Shown piece by piece: positions 56,401 to 64,000 of a DNA stretch of 64,000 nt (position 1 is its first letter; each line of letters begins with the position of its first letter). This DNA comes from Balanoglossus misakiensis. Its lineage: Eukaryota > Animalia > Hemichordata. The position numbers were made by a program, and so were the translations under genes. Under the pieces are notes generated by a model. The model was not told the DNA's origin, searched no databases, and was given only the letters and a program-made list of their open reading frames with translations. The DNA lies in contig CM082597.2 of the NCBI GenBank assembly GCA_040954595.2, positions 6,019,244 to 6,083,243 on the forward strand, written 5' to 3'.

Positions 56401-57841
56401 TAAAAATGACGTTTTTGGGCAAAAAATGGTCAAAAAGGCAATTCTGTCTCGTTTGGGGTCAGTCAGACTGCTTTTTTCGTAATATCAACCAAATGTAACA
56501 CAGAATAGGCATATCATATGTCATCAGATCTTCGAATGTGACGAAAACAGTGTGTTTTTAGTGTTTTCTAAAAATGACCTTTTTTGGGTTAAAAAGTGCC
56601 AAAATGGCAATTTTGTCTTGGGTGGGGTCAGTCAGACTGCTTTTTTCGTAATATCAACCAAATTTAACACAGAATAGGCATATCATATGTCATCAGATCT
56701 TCGAATGTGACGAAAACAGTGTGTTTTTAGTGTTTTCTAAAAATGACCTTTTTTGGGTTAAAAAGTGCCAAAATGGCAATTTTGTCTTGGGTGGGGTCAG
56801 TCAGACTGCTTTTTTCGTAATATCAACCAAATTTAACACAGAATAGGCATATCATATGTCATCAGATCTTCGAATGTGACGAAAACAGTGTGTTTTTAGT
56901 GTTTTCTAAAAATGACCTTTTTTGGGTTAAAAAGTGCCAAAATGGCAATTTTGTCTTGGGTGGGGTCAGTCAGACTGCTTTTTTTCGTAATATCAACCAA
57001 ATTTTACACAGAATAGGCATATCATATGTCATCAGATCTTCGAATGTGACGAAAACAGTGTGTTTTTAGTGTTTTCTAAAAATGACCTTTTTTGGGTTAA
57101 AAAGTGCCAAAATGGCAATTTTGTCTTGGGTGGGGTCAATAAGACTGACTTTTTTGGAATCAGCACCATTTTTTACATAGAATGGACATCACCAACCTTC
57201 CTTACCAATGTTTTTATTTAAAGGCACCTATCTCCTAGGGTAATAACTTGTCATCATAGTCACTAATTGGTAAGGGTACTTGGAAGTATGACGTAATGAT
57301 GACGTAATTGATTATTATATCAATTTTTTGCAATAATTAGATACTTTACTCAATCAGCTTTCTGTTGATATCAAACACATCACAGTTTTCATCAGTACAA
57401 TTGCACAGAGACATGTTTTGCAAAACCTCACATTTATACAAAATGTAGGTGAACAGAACACCATTTTCGTAAGGGTATTTTGACTTATGACGTCACTATG
57501 ATGTCATGATTTGTCATATCACTTTTATTTTGTAATTAATGGAAAGCTTGTTTATTAAGCTTTCTTTTGATACCAAATACATGCCTGTTGTTCGAGGTAT
57601 ACGTTCCGAGAGACAGTATTTTACAAGACTAATTTACCCCCTTACGTCAATTTATATGCACTTTTAGGCTTTCCTACATACGTTACCCAATATAATTTAG
57701 AAGCCAATAACTCGAAAACGCCCCGGTGCCCAGATGGCAAACAAAGTGAATTTTACTCAGTATATGATAGGCTTTCAGAAAAACATTGTCTAGAAAATTC
57801 CCCCAGGGGGGGGAGGTAAACCCCTACTGGCTCATGGTCTA
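53480..57841. mobile_element. 4.36-kb non-autonomous foldback DNA transposon, TAG..CTA ends, 3-bp TSD (Academ-like)
   Basis: TAT|TAGACCATGAGCCAGTAGGGG ... CCCCTACTGGCTCATGGTCTA|TAT. Arms ~53480-54951 and ~56033-57841 contain 169-bp tandem units. Removing the element and one TSD restores WDRPH-I-DLFAT. Confidence 0.92.
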
Positions 57842-59009
57842 TATGTGTGGCCTGTCCCATTTCATAAAATTTTTCTGAACAATCATTGGGCTCAGGGTCC
57901 ATTCTGTTGGGAGAACTTTCCCGCGGGATAAACAGTCCGCTAGGAGATTTTTCTTCCCTGGTATGTGAGCTGCTTTCAGTTTGATCTCTTTCTGTAGACA
58001 CCATTGCAGCATGTTCCACAGAAGAATACAAAGAGTTGGGGACTGGGTCCCCCCTTCCCTGTTTATGTAACTGACAACTGTTGAGTTGTCTACTCTCACC
58101 AGGACCACTTGACCTTTCACAATGTCTTTGAAATGTTGAAGCGAAAGGAATACCGCTTGCATTTCCAACCAATTGATATGTTTTGTCCTCTGGGTCTGTG
58201 ACCACTGACCGGCAACTTGTTGCCCTTCCAGGTGACCTCCCCACCCCCAGTGGGAAGCATCTGTTGTCAATGTGAAATCTGCAGTTGGTTGATCCAACCT
58301 CGTTCCTTGTAACTGGTTGGCTGAATCTTCCCACCACTGCAGGTGACTGAGTAGGTGGGTTGAGATTGGTATGCGTGCTTGTAGATTTCTGGTTTGTGGC
58401 CTCCAATGGGCCAGAACATGAAGTTGGATTGGCCTCATGTGTAGACGTGCCCAAGGGATTAGGTCTATACATGAGGCCATCAACCCCAATAACCTGAGAA
58501 ACCATTGAACTGGTAGTTTTGTGTTTGATTTGATTACTGTAATACAATGATGTATGTCCCCTCTTCTGGTCGGTGAGGGAAAGACTAGGCCTTTCTTCAA
58601 ATTGAAACTTGCTCCTAGAAACACGAAAATTTGTTTGGGAACAAGGTCGGACTTCTCTATGTTTAGAATCCATCCTAAACGAACAACTAGAGTCAACATT
58701 TCCCTGTTTTGACTCACCAATGTTTTTCTTACCGCTTGTCTGAGTAGCCAATCGTCTAGATATGCAAGCGGGAAGAGTGAGTTCCTCCTTAGGAATGCTA
58801 AAATCACTTTTACAATCTTTGTGAAGATTCTTGGTGCCGACGACAGGCCAAAGGGGAGGGCTCTGAATTGGTATATCTTGCCCTCGAAGGCAAAGCGAAG
58901 GAATTTTCTGTGTCCTTGGTAAATTGGAATATGAAAATATGCATCTGTTAAATCTAGTGATGTTGCCCAGTCTCCTTTCCTTAGACTCTGGATGACTGTT
59001 GTTACGATC
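57842..59009 (-). pseudogene. DIRS reverse transcriptase / RNase H fragment
   Basis: SLDLTDAYFHIPI, YQFRALPFGLSSAPRIFTK, AYLDDWL, TTDASHWGWG, HINWLEMQA, DNSTVVSYIN, HIPGKKNLLADCLSR. Confidence 0.92.
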
Positions 59010-59532
59010 TGTATAAAGGTCAAATACGATTTCAAGGGTCAATTAATCAAGAGCTCGGAAATGACAATGTTTGATAGAATTTGATTTTATGTATTTGAAG
59101 TAGATAGGGAGAGCGGGTGTTTAACTGACTGCTGTGGTTGTCAATCATCACCGAACTGACTTTGTTATATAACACTTTATGTAAATTGGTACGTATAGAG
59201 TTGACTGATGCCCAATGAAATTGTAACACATTGTATTTGTGATATTTTACATGGTTAACCACGCCTTGAGAAAAGTAATTATAAGACAACCTTGTTTCCA
59301 AAGTTGGGGGAGAATAATCTAACGGGAGATGGGAGTACCTCAGGCTACTGAGTTTGTTCCCTTCCTCATGTACTTTACTGGGCGTATTTGATGTACTGGA
59401 GTAGTTCTGGACAATAAATGAACGTGAATCAGATACGTGTCTCCGTGGATCACTGTTCTCGTCAGAGCCCGATACCTCATCGCTACAGATTCCCCGATGC
59501 ATGAACAATCATGAGAAACCAGCCGTAATACA
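59010..59532 (+). repeat. 5' LTR of the Gypsy element (~523 bp)
   Basis: Starts TGTATAAAGG where DIRS homology ends, ends CCGTAATACA (8/10 inverted match), internal AATAAA ~59414, immediately followed by a PBS. The second LTR is not in the window. Confidence 0.7.
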
Positions 59533-59543
59533 TGGTGGAGATA
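59533..59543 (+). promoter_or_regulatory. Primer-binding site, probably tRNA-Ala
   Basis: TGGTGGAGAT is complementary to the ..UCUCCACCA 3' end typical of tRNA-Ala. Confidence 0.65.
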
Positions 59544-59607
59544 CGTGGGTAGACGAAACAAATCCATCGGAGACAGAAACGGCGACGTCCAGCGGAAAGA
59601 TTACAGC

Positions 59608-60540
59608 ATGGATCGCGAGATGCTAAACGACATGAACAGTCAAATATCGGAAATACGACAGGTTACACTCAGAGCTGGAGGTCAGGTAGGCCCAGGTTTC
59701 TTTTCGGCTACAGAGACTGAGAATGCACACCGATGGTGGAAAAGATATATAGACTTTGCTGACTTTAAGCAATGGTCAGACGAGAAACGGCTTAAAGGAA
59801 TCGGACTATATTTGACTGGTGAAGCGGAGCGATGGTTCTACAGACTGTCTGCTGAAAAGAAAAATGACTTGAGGACACTGCAAAATGTCTTCCTCGCTCG
59901 TTTTGATAAGTGGCTGTATGACGAGAAACTGTTTCGCCTGAAGCAACTGCCGGACCAGACTGTTGAACAATATGCGGAATTAATATGTGAAAAAGCAGAA
60001 AAAGCGAAAAAGACTGATGAGGAAATACTATCTTTCTTCATGAACGGACTGAGACCGGACATACTAAAGTTCGTAGCGGGAATGTCACCTAAGGATTTCG
60101 AAACAGCGTACAAACATGCTCGAACAGCAGAGGTCGTGGCAGGATTACCAGAGACAGACGAGCCAGAAGCGGGTCTTTTACAACAAATCTCAACACGGAT
60201 TGACGAGATGAAACAAGAAGATCAAGAAATGAAGACCAAATCAAGCGCGGCAGATCATCGAGGACGATCGACAAAAAGAGAGAAGAAATCACCGAATTAC
60301 AGAGCAAGAGAACGAACAATAGACTATAAGGTAAAGAGGAACAGATATAATTTTACTGGGCACTCTACCCAACGTTTTCCTCGACATAGTCAATTTAATT
60401 CTCGTGCATGTTTTAATTGTGGGCGTTACGATCATATAGCTAGAAATTGTTCAAAATATGCGTTCTCTGGAAATGTTTCGAAAGTAGTCGGAAATTTTAT
60501 TTTGATGGATCGTCCGACAGGAGGTCATGTACAGGTATAA
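59608..60540 (+). CDS. gag: Gypsy Gag with CCHC zinc knuckle
   Basis: ORF 59545-60540 (first ATG 59608); LTGEAERWF, LKQLPDQTVEQY, FMNGLRPDI, CFNCGRYDHIARNC. Confidence 0.9.
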   Translation: MDREMLNDMNSQISEIRQVTLRAGGQVGPGFFSATETENAHRWWKRYIDFADFKQWSDEKRLKGIGLYLTGEAERWFYRLSAEKKNDLRTLQNVFLARFDKWLYDEKLFRLKQLPDQTVEQYAELICEKAEKAKKTDEEILSFFMNGLRPDILKFVAGMSPKDFETAYKHARTAEVVAGLPETDEPEAGLLQQISTRIDEMKQEDQEMKTKSSAADHRGRSTKREKKSPNYRARERTIDYKVKRNRYNFTGHSTQRFPRHSQFNSRACFNCGRYDHIARNCSKYAFSGNVSKVVGNFILMDRPTGGHVQV

Positions 60541-63500
60541 ATGCACTCGGGAAAGAGGGTGCCTATAATGTTAAAGATGGTGTAAACTTTGTTAACAAAG
60601 ATAGGTGTGTTTTTCATGAGAATGTTATTCCAATTTCAATATGTCATGAAAAAGTGACGTCATTAATTGATACTGGAGCACATATTACTGTAGCTCCTAT
60701 TCGGTTGTTAGAGCTAGTACCCGCTCTAAAGAATTATCCGATGTTCAAGTCCAGATATAATTGTGTACAAACAGCAAACGAAGACAAATTGAAGGTAGTT
60801 GGATTTATGAAAATACCTGCTTTTATTGGGAATAAGCGTGTATTACTGTATGTTAATTTAGTTGAGTCTCTTCAGCATAATCTGATTTTGGGACTTGATT
60901 TTATGAAGCGTTATAGAGCTGTTATTGATTTCAAGGGTAATATTTTAAGATTACAATCAGACGTACCGTTAAGAACCAATGTTGATGTTAACATTCCACC
61001 TGGAAGTGAAATAGTTATTTCAGTGAAAGTACCGTATAAATATCTTACTGGAGTTTTAGGTTGTATTTCTGATAAACGAACACGCTTAACCCCGGGTATT
61101 TTGGTAGCTAAGGGGTTGGCCTATTCGAATAAGAATTTTCTTCCCATGCGAGTTGTAAACACTTTGGATACTGTGGTCAAAATTAAGAAAAACAGTGTTG
61201 TTGGAATGTTTTCGCCCTTGCCCCGTAATAGTGAAATAGTCCCACTCGATAATACTGCCGTTAATTGTGTCTCACCTCAAGGGCCCCGTACACAGAAAGA
61301 GACGGATTATTTGATGGGTCAATTGAAATTTAATGAATTAGAGATAACTAAGGCACAGCGTAAACAGCTTAGAGATGTTTTACTGCACAATATGGAAGCT
61401 TTTGTTGATTCTAGTGGTCGTTTAGGCAACTGTGATGTAATCAAACATACAATACGATTACAAGAGGGTGCTGCCCCGTTCCGTCGCCCACCTTACCGAG
61501 TAACGCCTGAGAAAAGGCGTGAACTTGAGCGACAAGTTGATCAGCTGTTAGAACAAAATATTATCGAGCCGTCCACTTCACCATTTGCTAGTCCAGTAGT
61601 TTTAGTCAAAAAGCCTGATGGTTCGTGGCGTTTTTGCACAGATTTCCGTCATTTGAATAATATTACAGTGCCTGATTCGTTTCCTTTACCCAGAACTGAC
61701 GAATCTCTTGAAATGTTAGGCAAGAATAAGCCTCAGTATTTTTCGACGCTTGATTTACAGTCAGGATTTTTTCAATTGGAATTAGACGAAGAGAGCAGAC
61801 CAAAAACAGCTTTTGTCACACATCAAGGTTTATATCAATACAGGAGACTTGCCCAGGGGTTGCGAAATAGTCCCAGTTGTTTTCAGCGTACTATGCAACA
61901 CGTGTTACGCAATATTATGTGGCAATATGTGTTATGTTATATCGATGATATTATTATATTTAGCAGCTCTTTTGAGGAGCATCTACAACACATTGATACT
62001 GTCCTAACCAGGTTACGTCAAGCTGGATTGAAATTAAAACCCAGCAAATGTCAATTTATGAGAAAGAGTGTTAAATTTTTGGGTCATATTATCAGTAAGG
62101 ATGGAATTGCGGTTGATGAGAGTAAAGTAACAGCTGTTAAAGAATATCCCCGTCCTCATACTGTCACACAGCTGAAATCATTTTTGGGGTTGGCCAATTA
62201 TTATAGAAAGTTTATAAAGAATTTCTCGATCATTGCAAGGCCTCTGCATAAATTGTTGGGAAAGGACACGAAATTTGAATGGGATGATCGATGCGAACAT
62301 GCATTTGAGAAATTAAAACATGTCCTGTGTCAAGCACCAATTCTAGGGTATCCTGATATGAATGAAAATTTCATAATTTATACCGATAGTTCCACCCTTG
62401 CCCTGGGGTTTGTTTTAGCTCAACGACAGAATGGTGTTGAACGAGTGATTTTATATGGGGGTCGAAGTTTAAACTGTCACGAAAGAAATTACTCAATTAC
62501 AGAATTGGAAGCTTTGGCCGTCATTCATGCTATCCGACAATGTGATCACTATGTACGGAGCAACCATGTCACTATAGTGACTGATCACTCCAATCTGACT
62601 TACATGTTTAAACAGAAAATACCAAGGGGGCGTATTGGCCGTTGGATAATGACCATGCAGCAGTACGATTACGAAATTATCTATAGACCTGGTAAGAAAC
62701 ACATGAATGCTGACGGGTTGTCAAGGGGACCATATCAACAATGTGAGGGGTACAAGTCCGACGTCACTGATTTAGAGCATGCGCCTGAAATGAATTACAA
62801 GCCTAACAGTCAGTTTCCAATGGTAGATAAGTGTGTAAACACTGAGCCCATAAACTCACCTTGTATAAATAATATACATACAGGGCAACAAACCGAACCT
62901 GAGGTTCATAATTCTGCTAATAGTGAGGACACATCTGGGTATGGGATTTTACTTAACAGTTCTAACGACACTTCTAACACTGACGTGGAGGAAAATGCTT
63001 CCAACACTGAAGTGGATAAAACATTCGACAGTGAGGTGCAATCACGAATGAAGGGAGAACAGAAAAAGGATGATTATTTGAATAAATTTCTTAATTATTT
63101 AGAGAATAATGAGTTACCAACTGATCAAAAGTTAGCTCGTAAATTTGTTAGTATGGCTCCAAATTATGACATTGTTGACGGGGTTTTGTATCATTTTTGG
63201 AAACCTACGGGGAAATCAGCTGGTAAATTAGATTGTGTTAGACAGGTTGTGATACCTAAGTCCTTAAGAAATTATGTTCTGCGGTGGGCTCATGATTGTG
63301 TTTTAGCGGGACATTTGGGATACACTAAAACGTTGGGAGTTTTAAGACAGAGGTATTTTTGGGAAAGGATGCCCCGGGATGTTAATATGTACGTAAAGAC
63401 ATGCGCACATTGTCACACACGAAAGAGAGCCACACCCCCTACTCATGCTAAGTTGTTACCTATTCCAGTATCAGGACCCTGGGACCGACTGGATATGGAT

Positions 63501-64000
63501 ATTGTGGGACCCCTCCCTAGAACGTATGATGGTCATAAATACATCTTAGTACTTACTGATTACTTTACTAAATTTCCACTAGCATATCCATTACGTAATG
63601 CAAGAGCTGAGACAGTCGCTAAGATCTTGTTTGATGAAGTAATTGCTACTTATGGCAGCCCCAGAGTTTTGCTGAGTGATCAGGGATCGAATTTTTTATC
63701 CCAAGTAGTTCGTGAAACTTGCAAATTTTTCAACATCCAGAGGAAAGTTTCGACCCCTTATCGTCCACAGACTAATGGCCTTACAGAGCGTTTCAATGGT
63801 TGCCTAGTCGACATGCTGTCCATGTTTGTCGATAGTAAACAGAAAGATTGGGATCGGTACCTAAGTTCAGTGCTTTTCGCTTATAGAGTTAGCCCTCAAG
63901 AGTCCAGTGGGTTCAGTCCTTATTATCTGTTATATGGTCGGCATCCCACATTGCCCATGGATGTTGAATTCCAGCCAGTTGAGGGGAGGACGAGAAATAT
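60444..64000 (+). CDS. pol: Gypsy Pol (protease, RT, RNase H, integrase), partial at the 3' end, in the -1 frame relative to gag
   Basis: LIDTGA (60663), PFASPVVLVKK, LDLQSGFFQ, YIDD (61938), YTDSS, ELEALA, TDH, H..H/C..C, DIVGPLP (63498), SDQG, ERFN. The motifs I frame-checked (60663, 61938, 63498) share one frame. It is absent from the ORF track, consistent with no stop before the edge. Confidence 0.93.

Larger units (their letters stand above)
52260..59009 (-). mobile_element. DIRS-type tyrosine-recombinase retrotransposon, disrupted by two insertions
   Basis: RT/RNase H, methyltransferase-like and YR coding regions in DIRS order on minus. The left (3') boundary is approximate; the 5' part is presumably beyond the Gypsy insertion, outside the window. 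Confidence 0.9.
59010..64000 (+). mobile_element. Ty3/Gypsy LTR retrotransposon, runs off the right edge
   Basis: 5' LTR, PBS, gag, then pol in PR-RT-RH-IN order. Confidence 0.95.

Noticed and set aside
57753-59042. 429-aa overlapping ORF as a separate gene
   Set aside because: Overlapping open frames are a known DIRS feature; it probably is the upstream part of the YR ORF, and its ends are set by the two insertions.

Overview
AT-rich, intron-containing eukaryotic DNA, most likely from a marine invertebrate (hemichordate/echinoderm/amphioxus-like; inferred from gene and transposon content only). The ORF track is mostly uninformative because the genes are spliced, so I rebuilt exons by hand from splice sites and reading phase. 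The window has three parts. (1) 0.4-18 kb: a head-to-head pair of secreted lectin paralogues sharing a duplicated ~1.3 kb promoter. Gene A (minus, 691 aa) is signal peptide + 3 C-type lectin domains (CTLDs) + (PTEAP)n linker + F-type lectin domain. Gene B (plus, 450 aa) has 3 CTLDs only, with a decayed F-type lectin tail in its 3'UTR. All six CTLDs keep EPN/WND but lack the canonical inner cysteine pair, and their binding loops are homogenised within each gene. (2) 22.7-47.1 kb: a minus-strand ankyrin-repeat gene (~910 aa, 26 one-repeat exons) recently expanded by two in-frame exon-block duplications, one with a templated insertion at its junction. (3) 50.9-64 kb: a 21-bp CpG-rich minisatellite, then a DIRS retrotransposon interrupted by a 4.4 kb Academ-like foldback element and by an apparently intact Ty3/Gypsy element. 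Many MITEs, a degenerate LINE and microsatellites are interspersed. No CRISPR, rRNA or tRNA genes were seen. All identities and alignments were judged by eye.
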